From a virus (taxonomy: Duplodnaviria > Caudoviricetes), in IMG/VR virus record IMGVR_UViG_3300027996_003878: a stretch of 64,000 bases of DNA; one strand, given 5' to 3'. The position numbers and the translations under genes were made by a program. Below the pieces are notes generated by a model. It did not search any database. It saw only the letters and a program-made list of their open reading frames with translations, and had not been told where the DNA came from. Below, piece after piece: positions 19,587 to 30,294 of the stretch (position 1 is its first letter; each line of letters opens with the position of its first letter).

Positions 19587-20864
19587 CTATTCAACAATTT
19601 CAACTTTACTAAGCAACCACTCCAATGTGGCCTGATCTTTCCATGCCGCTACCATCCCTACCAACCGACCACTACTTTGTAGTTGTTGAATAATAGCATT
19701 GGCATCTTGACCTGGATTATTCGATGCCAGCTGACTTTGCACAACTCGCATAATCTCTTCATCAGAAAATGAACAATCTGGCTCTCTATCTCGAATTGAA
19801 TCTAAAATTAAAGATAGCTTGACGCTCTTAACGGCATATTTATTTAAATTGACCCTGGTTTCTTCTGGAGCATTGCTCCAATCAACCCCACTTTGACGAG
19901 CCAATTGCTGAGCCTCCATTAGAGCCAGCCACGAAGGAACATCAATAGAATTCATCTCAACTAATTTATTTGTTAATTGCTGCAAGATAAGCTGCCTATA
20001 AGACTCCTGGCTCTTTTTTGCAGCTACTCCCTGCGCATTGTCCCTCAGTTGCTCAAAACTTTCAAAGTTAAGCTTTTTAGCAAGCTCATCATCTAATGCG
20101 CACGGGACATTCTTTATACCCATATGGAGATTGACTTTAAATGTCAAATTTTCAACATCTTCATCAAAAGTCAAATTCAACTCTTTATTGAAAACATCCC
20201 TAAACGATTCATTCAAAGGAATGTCAAATGATCGCTCTTCTCCGACTTCCATGCCGTAAAGGTTAACATCAAAATTTGGCAACCAATTTTGACCAACATC
20301 ATAAACAACGCCCTCTTTACTTAGCTCTTCAACAGATTCAGTTCCAGCCGTACATTGGACGTCAAAAGTAATCTTGTCACCTTCCTGGCAAAAATCACCA
20401 TCACCAAAAGGAACTACATCGCCGTGCTTAACTCTTAACTCTTGCAGCATGAGCTGCGCCATCTCAACGGCAGAAGAGGGCTGATGAGGTTTTGGTATTT
20501 TTATACCAACATAATCCACCAATTCAAAATCTGGCTTCTTTAAGAAAAACAAGTCACAATAAAAATTAGTACCATCAAGTGAAACATTATTTACCTGAGG
20601 GTAACCAATTGGCTTCATTTTAGTCTCGAACAAAACTTCATCGTAAGCCAGGGCGACTATTTCTTTAGTCATGACTTGCTCAATTTCGCGCTTCATCACT
20701 TGCTTTATAACCCTGTCAGGGGCTTTATTTTTTCGAAAGCCCTTGGCCTTAACACCGCGAAAACGCTCGACAGCTTCCTGTCTCTTTTCTCTAACGACGT
20801 CAACATCAGCGACGTATTCAACACTAATCTTGCAAGGCTCTACTTCTTTTATCTGAAAAGGCAA
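19587..20864 (-). CDS. tig: Trigger factor (ribosome-associated chaperone/PPIase)
   Basis: GFRKNKAP ribosome-binding motif, FKBP domain (GDKITFD..LYGMEVGE), C-terminal chaperone domain; probable TTG start at 20864 after GGGGTG SD. Confidence 0.92.
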   Translation of the reverse strand: MPFQIKEVEPCKISVEYVADVDVVREKRQEAVERFRGVKAKGFRKNKAPDRVIKQVMKREIEQVMTKEIVALAYDEVLFETKMKPIGYPQVNNVSLDGTNFYCDLFFLKKPDFELVDYVGIKIPKPHQPSSAVEMAQLMLQELRVKHGDVVPFGDGDFCQEGDKITFDVQCTAGTESVEELSKEGVVYDVGQNWLPNFDVNLYGMEVGEERSFDIPLNESFRDVFNKELNLTFDEDVENLTFKVNLHMGIKNVPCALDDELAKKLNFESFEQLRDNAQGVAAKKSQESYRQLILQQLTNKLVEMNSIDVPSWLALMEAQQLARQSGVDWSNAPEETRVNLNKYAVKSVKLSLILDSIRDREPDCSFSDEEIMRVVQSQLASNNPGQDANAIIQQLQSSGRLVGMVAAWKDQATLEWLLSKVEIVE

Positions 20865-20865
20865 C

Positions 20866-21696
20866 TCAATCACCCCAATCACTAACGCCAAACTTTATTA
20901 AGTTGGCTTCATTAATAAATTTACGACCAGAATCACACGATGATAAGAAATCACAAAACCCACATAATTTATTAGGGCTTGGCCTCCATAATTTTTCTTT
21001 ATTTATTTCGCCCGCATGGTGTAATAGCTTATCAGCCATCTTTAAGACTTCATCTCTAGAGAACTCTTTTGAGATCGCCTCGAAAGAGTGTCTCAACATA
21101 ATGTATGATGTTCTAACTCTGTCTATCGACGGATCCTCTAAACATATAACGTAAGCATAAACCAATAATTGAAAAAAATCTTTTTTAAGATATTTTTTAC
21201 TTTTTGATGTTTTGTAATCTGCAACATGAATTACACCATCACAATCTCGCTGAACAACGTCTATAAAGCCGTTTAATAAAATTTGATCATTTATATTAAT
21301 ATAAAAATCTTTTTCAACGCACAATACAGTCGGAAGTTGGCCTTTATTTTTATCCAACTGTATTTTTTTTAAATAATTATTACATATATCCCAAGCCTCT
21401 CTTTTTTGGGGCTCAGAGACATTGTACTCTTTTAATGCAGATAAAAAGCAATTTGACATCAAAAAATGATAAGGATCTTTATTCCCCTCAATAATTTGTT
21501 GATGAAAATCCTCTAAAATTTTATGACAGAACTTGCCAAAAACATGAAAATGCCACTCTTTTCTAGGTAACTTTTCAATATAAGAAAATCTATATTTAGC
21601 AGCGCAATCTTTGAATGTTTTTATTTTACTAGAAGATAAAGACAATAAATTACTTGTATTATCCTTATTAGGAAGAAACTCTTGCTTTAAAATCAT
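20866..21696 (-). CDS. PD-(D/E)XK RecB/Cas4-like exonuclease with four-Cys cluster
   Basis: LSSSKIKTFKDC, GFIDVV, VADYKT, QLLVY, LCGFCDFLSSC. Confidence 0.88.
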   Translation of the reverse strand: MILKQEFLPNKDNTSNLLSLSSSKIKTFKDCAAKYRFSYIEKLPRKEWHFHVFGKFCHKILEDFHQQIIEGNKDPYHFLMSNCFLSALKEYNVSEPQKREAWDICNNYLKKIQLDKNKGQLPTVLCVEKDFYININDQILLNGFIDVVQRDCDGVIHVADYKTSKSKKYLKKDFFQLLVYAYVICLEDPSIDRVRTSYIMLRHSFEAISKEFSRDEVLKMADKLLHHAGEINKEKLWRPSPNKLCGFCDFLSSCDSGRKFINEANLIKFGVSDWGD

Positions 21697-21699
21697 AAA

Positions 21700-22680
21700 C
21701 TAAGGCAGCCTTTGTCCTTTAAATGGAATCCATCGAAATACATTACGATCCCCACGCTTTCTCGATGAAAATACAATATTAAAAAGGCCCGGCGCTCTTG
21801 GGTTTGGTTTATATGGCTCTTTAGAAATAATCCACCTTAATGTGGCAGAATCATGGTAATAATAAGTAATGGTATGCTCTCTTGGATTATAATGAGCCCT
21901 TACAAAGCTACCGGTAGGGCCTAAAACTTGTGCATCTAGAAGAACTCCGTCCCTAACGATTTCAGGATTTTCCAAAGAAAAATAATTTCTATTTATCTGC
22001 AATATATCATCATCAAAAGGCTCTTTCGTATTGTCCTGATAAATAACTAAAGCTCTTGGATTGAAATATCTGCTATTTGCATCAGTAGATTCTGGGCCAT
22101 AATTTGGCTCAGGGACATGAATAGTAACCTCTGCGGGCAAAGTTCCTATCCCATGACCCCTTTCTCCTAGATAATCAGAGTCTGAAAATAATATTTCATA
22201 TTCATTTATTGGCTTGTCGGTATAATTTGCATACTCTCCCGTGCCTGAGCCGTCAAACCCATCCGGTATGCCTGGAACGTCCGGCCTATCAACTACATCG
22301 CCTCCAATATTTCCATATTGAACCTCAACAGAGGGAGAGGCATCTCCAAATGGATATAAATTAATAGTCTTATCAGAAATATTACTTCCAGTCACCTCAT
22401 CATGAGACTGCCTAAGTGGGACTATATTTGGGGCATATTCTTTGGTAACAATTGGAGAGCTATCTGTTCCGTCAGTAGCAAATATTTTTAATGTTACAGA
22501 GTTGACATTAGTGGGCATCTCTATCGGATTTAAATATAATGTAGAAGATGCAGATGGATCTGTACCATCAAGAGTATAAAATATTGAAGAAGGAATATTT
22601 GTAGTTATAGTTACGGTCTTAGGTATTCCAGATAAAAGCTGATCTGAACTATCCGTCACTGTTATTACTATTACCGCCAT
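21700..22680 (-). CDS. Hypothetical protein with Fn3-associated (chitobiase C-terminal-like) domain, putative virion protein
   Basis: IFYTLDGTDPS...LY..PI motif. Confidence 0.65.
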   Translation of the reverse strand: MAVIVITVTDSSDQLLSGIPKTVTITTNIPSSIFYTLDGTDPSASSTLYLNPIEMPTNVNSVTLKIFATDGTDSSPIVTKEYAPNIVPLRQSHDEVTGSNISDKTINLYPFGDASPSVEVQYGNIGGDVVDRPDVPGIPDGFDGSGTGEYANYTDKPINEYEILFSDSDYLGERGHGIGTLPAEVTIHVPEPNYGPESTDANSRYFNPRALVIYQDNTKEPFDDDILQINRNYFSLENPEIVRDGVLLDAQVLGPTGSFVRAHYNPREHTITYYYHDSATLRWIISKEPYKPNPRAPGLFNIVFSSRKRGDRNVFRWIPFKGQRLP

Positions 22681-22713
22681 ATAATCCTAAAATAAAAATC
22701 TATTAATATTTGA

Positions 22714-23049
22714 TTAAGTCAACTCTTTTTTACAAATAGAAAGAAACCTTGCATCTTTCTCTGCCTTATTTTGCCTAACCAGCTCACGATAGACGGCATG
22801 ACCCGCTCGTCTTAGTATCTTTGCAATGTCAAAATATACACCTTCACCAGTCCTACGAGCCAGCTTAAAGAAGCATTCCGAAAGCTCAAGTAATTCAACG
22901 TGCGGAGAGGCGCTTACCTCATCTGCCTTTCGAATAAATGCAAGGCCTACGACTTTTTTATAAAAAACATCGTCTCCGTGCTTTTTTAATGATTTCAAAT
23001 AAGAATTTAAAACCACATCTGAAAGTTTTTTTTGCATTGTTAAGCTCAT
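22714..23049 (-). CDS. Hypothetical protein
   Basis: 111-aa ATG ORF. Confidence 0.65.
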   Translation of the reverse strand: MSLTMQKKLSDVVLNSYLKSLKKHGDDVFYKKVVGLAFIRKADEVSASPHVELLELSECFFKLARRTGEGVYFDIAKILRRAGHAVYRELVRQNKAEKDARFLSICKKELT

Positions 23050-23100
23050 AAGTTCATTTAACTACAAGTAAATACAATAAAAACGATATATTAATATAAA

Positions 23101-25281
23101 CTACCAAGAAGAAACAAGCCTGCCCCTGGACCCTTCTTCTTCATCATGCTCAACTAATATTGCATTAGAAAATTTATCCTTTAGAGCATCATTATGAGTT
23201 ATTACAAATATCTTAAAATTATTTTGCCAGGATTTTATTACATCCGCAAAAGCGTCAACTCCCGCCTTATCAAGCGGCTGATCTACCTCATCTAACTCTA
23301 AAAACCGTATATCAACCCCTAATCGCTTTTGAATGATCAAAGAAAGCGCCAACTTCAAACTAAGAGATATAAATAGCTTTTGGCCGCCAGATAGTTGCTC
23401 ATAGTCGCGCTCAATACCGTTTATTCTATAAGCAATATCTAAAGTATCCTCTTCTTTTCCTTTTGCAGTGTCTTTAGCGACAACAAACCTAATCTCCAAA
23501 CCAGGGCGAAGTTGAGATAAAAGATTGTTAGTTTCAATTTGAATGTCATCTAATATAGTATATATAATCATTGTAGGAATGCCACGAGAACTAAACGCCC
23601 TACAAACATGCTTGTGAATCTTTAAATCTAGCTCTAGGGCCTTTTTGCTTTTATTTAATTTTTTTAATTCCTTCTCGTCACGCTCTCTTGAGGATATTTT
23701 TTCTGTGTAAATGCCTAAGTAAGTATTCAGGGAAGATATTTCCCTCAAAGACAGCTCAAGGCTATTCTCTTTTTCCAAAATAATTTCTTGAATCTTGTCC
23801 GCTTCACTTGAATGCTCGCTTCCTTTTGTACTATTAACCAAAGCGGCGATATCTGCCCGCTCTGACATCATTGCTTTTTTATCAACCGATGCATTTTTAA
23901 GATCAGACTTTAAATCAACTATAAGCTCTGATAACTGCTGGGAGTAATCTTGAGAGTTTTTTATTTCGTCTTTTGTCGCTTGAATTTTATTGAAAATTCC
24001 ATTTTTCTTGGAATTAATACTTTCTATATTCTTTATTTCTTGTTCAAGTGATTCTCTTTTAGACGTAACAACTTTTAACTTGTTGCTATTTTCAAATATC
24101 TTTGAATCTAAAGACTGTATCTCTTCAGCTATTTGTCTTAGGCATTCATTTTTATGCTCTTCCGTAAGGGGCTGCCGGCAATGAGGGCAAGAATCTTCAT
24201 CCGGCATAGGAAGCCTAAGCTCTTCAACTTTGGCTTCTAATGATCCAATATAAGCCCTTCCATTTATTTCATTTTTTATAGATTTTTTTAAAATCTCTTT
24301 TACATTATCTAAATCTCTCAACTCAACTAAATCAAGAGCCTTAAACTCTTCATTTAAAGAATTAAACTGATTAACCTTAACTCCCAAACCTTTAGTTAAA
24401 GACTGCAATTTACTTTCTTTTGAAGAAAGATTCGCCTCTAAAGAAGATATGTTAGAATTAACTCTACAAATCTTTTCATCTAAAGATTTTAGATTAGCTT
24501 TTAATTTTGGAAGATTACTGTCATCTTTCTGCTGTAGTGCGAATAACTTTTCCCTATATATTGATAAACTTTTTTGCAGACCATCCCGCTCTTCAATAAA
24601 ACTGTTCGTCTTTTCTTTAATTTCTTTTAGCTTAGAATTAAAATCATCAATATCTGACTTTGGATCTCCAATATTTAGTATCAAAGACTCAATGTTAGTC
24701 AATTTGTTAACCAAATCTGAAGTTTTCTTTTTTGCAATCTTTTCAAATTTAATATAATTATTTAAATTTAAAATCTCTTTAAGTATACCCTTTCTAGCCT
24801 CAGGAGAGGCCGAAGCCAGACCGCTTAAGTCCGATTGGGCAAACACAACAGAATTATGAAAAGTTTTATAATTTATTTTAATAATTTTATTAGACAGCTC
24901 ATTTTCTGTCTCTGTCGGTGTTTTTTGACTAATATCAACCCACTCTTCTTTATTTTTTTTATATAGCCTTAAATCTGATTTAGATGACTTTAAAGAGCGA
25001 GTTCGAACTACACGATAAATGTCCGAATTAACCTCAAATTCAAATTTGACCTTACAAAGATCACGGCCATCTCTCACAACCTTATCAATAGTCTTTGTTG
25101 GGTACTTGCCGAATAAAACATAATCTATTGCATGAAAAATAGTGCTTTTACCAACGCCATTTGATTCATTAGGATTATTCCTATTACGACCCACAATAAG
25201 AGTGCTTTCAAATGCATTACAGTCAATATCAGTTAAAGAATGACTCATAAAGTTTTCTATATAAATACGTAAGGGCTTCAT
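23101..25281 (-). CDS. sbcC: SbcC/Rad50/gp46-like SMC ATPase
   Basis: NGVGKST Walker A, CPHC zinc hook, LSGGQK signature, LDEVD Walker B. Confidence 0.93.
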   Translation of the reverse strand: MKPLRIYIENFMSHSLTDIDCNAFESTLIVGRNRNNPNESNGVGKSTIFHAIDYVLFGKYPTKTIDKVVRDGRDLCKVKFEFEVNSDIYRVVRTRSLKSSKSDLRLYKKNKEEWVDISQKTPTETENELSNKIIKINYKTFHNSVVFAQSDLSGLASASPEARKGILKEILNLNNYIKFEKIAKKKTSDLVNKLTNIESLILNIGDPKSDIDDFNSKLKEIKEKTNSFIEERDGLQKSLSIYREKLFALQQKDDSNLPKLKANLKSLDEKICRVNSNISSLEANLSSKESKLQSLTKGLGVKVNQFNSLNEEFKALDLVELRDLDNVKEILKKSIKNEINGRAYIGSLEAKVEELRLPMPDEDSCPHCRQPLTEEHKNECLRQIAEEIQSLDSKIFENSNKLKVVTSKRESLEQEIKNIESINSKKNGIFNKIQATKDEIKNSQDYSQQLSELIVDLKSDLKNASVDKKAMMSERADIAALVNSTKGSEHSSEADKIQEIILEKENSLELSLREISSLNTYLGIYTEKISSRERDEKELKKLNKSKKALELDLKIHKHVCRAFSSRGIPTMIIYTILDDIQIETNNLLSQLRPGLEIRFVVAKDTAKGKEEDTLDIAYRINGIERDYEQLSGGQKLFISLSLKLALSLIIQKRLGVDIRFLELDEVDQPLDKAGVDAFADVIKSWQNNFKIFVITHNDALKDKFSNAILVEHDEEEGSRGRLVSSW

Positions 25282-25285
25282 AAAA

Positions 25286-26494
25286 TCACCTTGTTATACT
25301 AGCTAAATATTGATCTACAATCTCATTAGATATTGAGATAAACTTTGATTTTTCTTTTTTACTTGATAGCTTTAGCTGATCATTTGCATATAACTTAATA
25401 GCAGTTCTTGGATCTATTGAATTATCTTTGACTGTTTGCTTTTCAAGAGGTACTACCAAAATATTCTTTGACTCAGAAAAGCTACATATATAATATACAC
25501 CTAACTCAATTAAACAATTTTCTATCTTTTTTCTATCAACATTTTTAGAAGAAGGATCTAATAGATGTAATTCAATTTTAACAATTGAATTTTTAAAAGA
25601 GTTTACTTTGTTTATTTCATTTATCTTATCTAATACAAATTCAGTAGGATCAAAGCCCTCCAAAACCTGTAAGGATAGTTTTCTAAGTGGCCTTGATGGA
25701 ACCTCAATCTCATTGAATTTACTATCATTTTCCGTGTCAAAATGAATCAATATTTTCTTATGATTCGTCTCTCCAAAATCCGACAAATCCATACTGCCAA
25801 TATGAGCAACATAAGGCTCCCTAGACCTCACCTGAGGTCTATGGACATGCCCCATCCATACATAATCATAATCTTTAAACATATTTACAGGGCACATTAA
25901 CTCATTTGCGTGACTGTCAATCTCATCGCCAACAAACAAAGAACCCTCTATAGCCAAGTGACCTATTAAAACTTTATCATTGTTAATAGGAATGCTAGAT
26001 GACTCATAAATCAACTGTTTATACAGAAAGCTCAAAGCGTCTACATTTTTATCTTTATCTAGGGATCTTCGATCTCTAAAAGGCATCATAGTAAATGAAA
26101 CACCATCTCTGTGAATTGTATTGATGTTTTTATAAACAAAAACATTGTCAAAATCAGCAGTTTCTATTAAATCAAGGGGAGAGCTGTAATTAGCGCCACT
26201 TCTTTTGATATCATGATTCCCAGCTATTACGTGAACCTCTATATTATTTACTTTACATCTTTTTAAGAATTTAAAAAATAAATCAACTAAAGCATAATGA
26301 GGCTTTACATCTTCCCAAATGTCACCTGTTAAGATAATTAGTTCTGCATCAACGCTTAGGCACTGATCAACAATCCAATCTAATAACTTAACTTGATCTA
26401 GAACTCTACTATTTAGCGCATTGCCTATGCCAGGCTTTCCAATATTCACACCTTTGCCTAAATGAACATCTCCAACAATTATACCAACAGTCAT
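25286..26494 (-). CDS. sbcD: SbcD/Mre11/gp47-like nuclease
   Basis: GDVHLG, GDIWE, GNHD, GHLA, GHVH motifs intact. Confidence 0.92.
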   Translation of the reverse strand: MTVGIIVGDVHLGKGVNIGKPGIGNALNSRVLDQVKLLDWIVDQCLSVDAELIILTGDIWEDVKPHYALVDLFFKFLKRCKVNNIEVHVIAGNHDIKRSGANYSSPLDLIETADFDNVFVYKNINTIHRDGVSFTMMPFRDRRSLDKDKNVDALSFLYKQLIYESSSIPINNDKVLIGHLAIEGSLFVGDEIDSHANELMCPVNMFKDYDYVWMGHVHRPQVRSREPYVAHIGSMDLSDFGETNHKKILIHFDTENDSKFNEIEVPSRPLRKLSLQVLEGFDPTEFVLDKINEINKVNSFKNSIVKIELHLLDPSSKNVDRKKIENCLIELGVYYICSFSESKNILVVPLEKQTVKDNSIDPRTAIKLYANDQLKLSSKKEKSKFISISNEIVDQYLASITR

Positions 26495-26504
26495 AATAAA
26501 TTCT

Positions 26505-27146
26505 CTACTTATCCTGATACAGTTCGATAAATTCTTTTAATTTATAAATTCTAGCCTCTAAGTCATTGCAATTTAATGAACTAAAGTTGAACGCACTTGA
26601 CATATAAACATCAAGGTTCCAATTTAAATTATTGATATATTCAAAAGCCTGATCTTTGCATTCATTTCTAATCAAAAAAGACCTTACACAATCAGCATAC
26701 TCAAATAATATTTTCTTTATCTCTGATAAGTCTACAACGTCAGTGCCATTAATTTCTTCTTTTTTAAAATTTACTGGTAGCAACTTCTTTGCTACATCTA
26801 TCTGGCTAACCCCCTCCATATAAGATATAAATTGAACCGCTCTTCCGCTTTTTTTACAGCCAAAACAGTAAAACCTATCTTCAGTATAGTTGAAGCCGAA
26901 TGAAGGCGTCGAATCATTGTGATCCTGAAAGGGGCACTGAATACAAGGAAGCCATCCGTTCAAATCACTTTCTAAATTAGAAATTAAATTATAATGTTTT
27001 AATATGGAATAGAGCGTAACTTTTTTGTTCGCCAAATTAATAATTTTATTATTTAATCCTCTAAATTTTTCATCGTATTCATCGAATCTTGGGTCATCTT
27101 CCCATCCAGAAGACTCTTTAGTACACTTATCTTGGCCGTATGACAT
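26505..27146 (-). CDS. Stand-alone CHC2 zinc-finger (DnaG zinc-binding domain) protein
   Basis: CPFQDHNDSTPSF...FYCFGCKKSG; start uncertain (overlaps the upstream ORF). Confidence 0.85.
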   Translation of the reverse strand: MSYGQDKCTKESSGWEDDPRFDEYDEKFRGLNNKIINLANKKVTLYSILKHYNLISNLESDLNGWLPCIQCPFQDHNDSTPSFGFNYTEDRFYCFGCKKSGRAVQFISYMEGVSQIDVAKKLLPVNFKKEEINGTDVVDLSEIKKILFEYADCVRSFLIRNECKDQAFEYINNLNWNLDVYMSSAFNFSSLNCNDLEARIYKLKEFIELYQDK

Positions 27147-27262
27147 GAAGTTGCAATAGGATCTGGAATGATATCAAAATGAGCGCATAGGCGTAAATAA
27201 TCACTATACACCTCCTTCTCGTAAGTAATTAGATCAAGAATTCTTGCCCTTGAAATATCCAT
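27053..27262 (-). CDS. Small hypothetical protein
   Basis: 69 aa; 94-bp overlap with the CHC2 ORF. Confidence 0.45.
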   Translation of the reverse strand: MDISRARILDLITYEKEVYSDYLRLCAHFDIIPDPIATSCHTAKISVLKSLLDGKMTQDSMNTMKNLED

Positions 27263-27267
27263 ACAAG

Positions 27268-27777
27268 TTATTGCTCACCGACACCGCTAGCATCGACGCT
27301 AGCATCAGTAGCTTGCTCAGAATTGCCACTCGACAATCTTAATTCTTTTTCCAACCTATCAACCTTGAAAGACAATTCATTATAATTGTCTCTAAAAATT
27401 ATTAAAGCCTTATAAAGCAAAGTAAGCAAACTAACAGAGCCCATGCCCTCTTGCTCATTTTCATCCGTATTGATGCTGATGGCAAAATTTATTAAGTCAC
27501 TTATAACTTCACGCTCAAGCTCAGAACTTATTGGTCCTTTATTTTGCTTTAGAGTAGTATCATTAATGACAGCCAAAAACTTCTTACCAAGCTCAAAAGC
27601 TAATTGCTGTCTATTTTGTGACTTTTCATGAAAATTTTTAACCTTCTCATCAAAGGCCTCTTTTTCCATAATTTTTTTCGCAAACTTAGACTTGCTTTTG
27701 TCTATTTTAAGAGGCCTAGTTGTTTCTTTAGGCTCCTCTGTACTATCAAAACTTATACGCGGCTCACTTGCTTTCAA
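27268..27777 (-). CDS. Hypothetical protein
   Basis: 169-aa ORF. Confidence 0.7.
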   Translation of the reverse strand: MKASEPRISFDSTEEPKETTRPLKIDKSKSKFAKKIMEKEAFDEKVKNFHEKSQNRQQLAFELGKKFLAVINDTTLKQNKGPISSELEREVISDLINFAISINTDENEQEGMGSVSLLTLLYKALIIFRDNYNELSFKVDRLEKELRLSSGNSEQATDASVDASGVGEQ

Positions 27778-28192
27778 CGTCTTCCTCTACCTTCAAGACA
27801 ACACTCTGCCTGTTCTGACCCGGCAAGTTAGGCTCATAAGCGCCCACACCATGCGAGATTCCTAACTTTACTCTTAAATCGTCTAACAGCCCCTCTGTGA
27901 CTGCCTCTGCGCATTTCTGAGCCACAGCTATATCAGGACAAACATTGTAAAAATCAGCAATTCGAATAATTGCATTCCAAATGTTTTCTTCCACATCTGC
28001 TTTAAGATCAGAGCTAGAGTAAACATAAAACTCATCATTAGAACGAAGATTATCTGAGTATTTATCTATTTGCTTTGAAACATTAGAAGAAACCTTTTCC
28101 ATCTTATGTAACTCCGCCTCTTTATTCTGGGCTACAAGCCTATTAATCATAGTTTTATTAATACTTCTCATTTTATCCTTATTGCGATCCAT
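27764..28192 (-). CDS. Hypothetical protein
   Basis: ORF 27764-28207; internal ATG preferred. Confidence 0.65.
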   Translation of the reverse strand: MDRNKDKMRSINKTMINRLVAQNKEAELHKMEKVSSNVSKQIDKYSDNLRSNDEFYVYSSSDLKADVEENIWNAIIRIADFYNVCPDIAVAQKCAEAVTEGLLDDLRVKLGISHGVGAYEPNLPGQNRQSVVLKVEEDVESK

Positions 28193-28415
28193 AATTACCT
28201 GCCCCAATCTCTCCAGAGGTCATATAACCATAATTATAAGAACTTCTATCCAGCGGGCTAAAATATTGATTTCTGTTCGGCAAATAGTCTTTGTAAACAA
28301 GATGAGGGTCTAAATATTGCAAATCAAAATCTCCATTTAAAATCTTATTCACAATAAACCGTAACACCGCTATTCTTTTTTTACGATTATCACTTATCTC
28401 ACTGATACGTTCCAC
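28179..28415 (-). CDS. Small hypothetical protein
   Basis: 78-aa ORF. Confidence 0.55.
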   Translation of the reverse strand: MERISEISDNRKKRIAVLRFIVNKILNGDFDLQYLDPHLVYKDYLPNRNQYFSPLDRSSYNYGYMTSGEIGAGNYGSQ

Positions 28416-28448
28416 AAAATAATATCTATATATTATATGTTATCAATA

Positions 28449-28907
28449 TCATCTCTTATAGAGCCTAAGCAAGGGCCTATGAGGCCGATCATCACTCTCT
28501 TCTACATTAGAAGAGTCCGATGCCTTTATAAAAACACCTCTCATGCCAGAATCACTAACCTCAGCTTCAACCTCATGACTATCAAGAGTTAGCTTCAAAA
28601 ATAAACCACAAAGCCGATGATTTATTATAAATTTCTCATACAACCTAAACTCACTCTCTAGCCACAACGGCCTTGTGGGCAACTGATACCTATCTCTAAG
28701 GTTAAATATAAAATGTCTAATGGCATTTGCATCAAACATGGGTCGATCAAAAAGACGACAATTATCGAAATAGTCAGTTATAGCTTCGTAGTTAGAGAGT
28801 GATTCATCTACTTTTAAAATTACGTTTTCAACACTAGGGCAGCTTATAAAGTTGCCCTGCCGCAAACCAAAGCAGCCAAGTACAACATTAACAGTCCCGC
28901 CATTCAC
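28449..28907 (-). CDS. Hypothetical protein
   Basis: 152 aa, GTG start. Confidence 0.65.
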   Translation of the reverse strand: MNGGTVNVVLGCFGLRQGNFISCPSVENVILKVDESLSNYEAITDYFDNCRLFDRPMFDANAIRHFIFNLRDRYQLPTRPLWLESEFRLYEKFIINHRLCGLFLKLTLDSHEVEAEVSDSGMRGVFIKASDSSNVEESDDRPHRPLLRLYKR

Positions 28908-28932
28908 TCAAAAAACATTAACGTAAAAGTTA

Positions 28933-29280
28933 TTACATTCTTTTTACAACAACAAAATCATCAGCTTGCTCAACAGTGAACTTACTCGCCAGCGCCTCTT
29001 CCAGGGAGACTATCACGGCTGTTGAACTTAGCTTTAAGTAAAGCTCATCTGAGCCCGACTTAACTTTTACTGCATGATTTTGAATTTCTTGATTTGGCAA
29101 AGAAAATGCATTTATTTTAATACCTTTTATTTCTTCCCATATTTTATCTGCATCAGACATAACTTCTTCCTCCGTATCAGTTAGAATTGGCTTTAGACTT
29201 TTAAAAAAAACATTTTCTTCAACCAAATCATCTTCGTTCAATTGAACATCTTCACTATTATTTGACTCTTCTGCGTTCAT
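28933..29280 (-). CDS. Hypothetical acidic protein
   Basis: 115 aa; GAGG SD. Confidence 0.65.
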   Translation of the reverse strand: MNAEESNNSEDVQLNEDDLVEENVFFKSLKPILTDTEEEVMSDADKIWEEIKGIKINAFSLPNQEIQNHAVKVKSGSDELYLKLSSTAVIVSLEEALASKFTVEQADDFVVVKRM

Positions 29281-29302
29281 CTTTTACCTCAAAATTTAAA
29301 AA

Positions 29303-29608
29303 TTATCCAACTAAATCATTGAATAGCTGTCTAAAATTACTTATATAAGACAGACCAACGACTCTATTTACTTCATTCCCATTTTCTAAAACAACCAACG
29401 TGGGAACAGTTTTTATGGAATATTTAGTAGCAAGATCTGGAACTTCGTCTATATCAACAGATATGAACTTCACACAATCGAACTCCTCTTCAAGCTTAGC
29501 TATAACGCCATTCATCATTTTACATGGCTGACACCACGAAGCAGAAAACTTCAAGCCGATTACACCTTGCTCTGAAATTAAATCATCAGAATTATTTAAA
29601 TTTATCAT
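29303..29608 (-). CDS. trxA: Thioredoxin
   Basis: FSASWCQPCK, VDIDEVPDLA, VPTL. Confidence 0.92.
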   Translation of the reverse strand: MINLNNSDDLISEQGVIGLKFSASWCQPCKMMNGVIAKLEEEFDCVKFISVDIDEVPDLATKYSIKTVPTLVVLENGNEVNRVVGLSYISNFRQLFNDLVG

Positions 29609-29619
29609 ATTTAATACTC

Positions 29620-29838
29620 TTAGTTAGATAATTTATTGTTTTTTATTAAACTCATAAAATTCTCTACATATTTAGAAGAAGATTTTTCAATTTCATCTAT
29701 AATCTCGTCTTCTGTAACAATTCCCTTATTAACAAGCAATTTTTCTAAAGAGTATATTCGTATAAGAGTTTCGATTACCAGCTGTTGCATTTGCTGATCA
29801 ACATCATTTTTACTAAAATCATCATCAAATTTCGACAT
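29620..29838 (-). CDS. Small hypothetical protein
   Basis: 72 aa; LEKLLVNKGIVTEDE helix motif. Confidence 0.65.
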   Translation of the reverse strand: MSKFDDDFSKNDVDQQMQQLVIETLIRIYSLEKLLVNKGIVTEDEIIDEIEKSSSKYVENFMSLIKNNKLSN

Positions 29839-29840
29839 AA

Positions 29841-30287
29841 TTAAACCTTTATAGCTACATCCGATAAGAGTATTCCCCTTGTGTGATCTAGCTCATGCTG
29901 ACAGCAAACAGCTGCCAGGCCCGTAACGATAAAATTAAAAGGAGGAACCAAATTATCTATAACATGTATTTCTCTATAACGCTTTGTCTTTACAATTTTA
30001 CCTGGAAAAGACAGACAGCCCTCTTCCTCGAACAAAGACTCATCATAAGCACTTGCTATACGACAATTAACAAGATCTATATTTATATTTAAATTACTAG
30101 TTGGAACCCTTACAATTGCCATTTTCTTAGGAATACCTATCTGTGGTGCGGCAAGGCCTATACCGGGCATTCCCATGTCAGCAGATCGCTGCAACTCATA
30201 CTCAAGTTTATCTCTTAAAGAACTAACTTCATCTAAAGTCACATCTTCACATTTTACCCTCAATAAGGACTCATCTGTAATTATCAT
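29841..30287 (-). CDS. def: Peptide deformylase
   Basis: GIGLAAPQIG, EGCLS, QHELDH. Confidence 0.95.
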   Translation of the reverse strand: MIITDESLLRVKCEDVTLDEVSSLRDKLEYELQRSADMGMPGIGLAAPQIGIPKKMAIVRVPTSNLNINIDLVNCRIASAYDESLFEEEGCLSFPGKIVKTKRYREIHVIDNLVPPFNFIVTGLAAVCCQHELDHTRGILLSDVAIKV

Positions 30288-30294
30288 ACTTAAA

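Noticed and set aside
20866-21696. Cas4-like nuclease as part of a CRISPR system
   Set aside because: No repeat-spacer array or other cas gene is seen in the window; it sits in a replication/recombination operon, which is typical of solo phage RecB/Cas4-like nucleases.
27053-27146. Programmed frameshift fusing ORF 27053-27262 to the CHC2 gene
   Set aside because: The 94-bp overlap could reflect a mis-called start, and no slippery site or shared motif supports a fusion.
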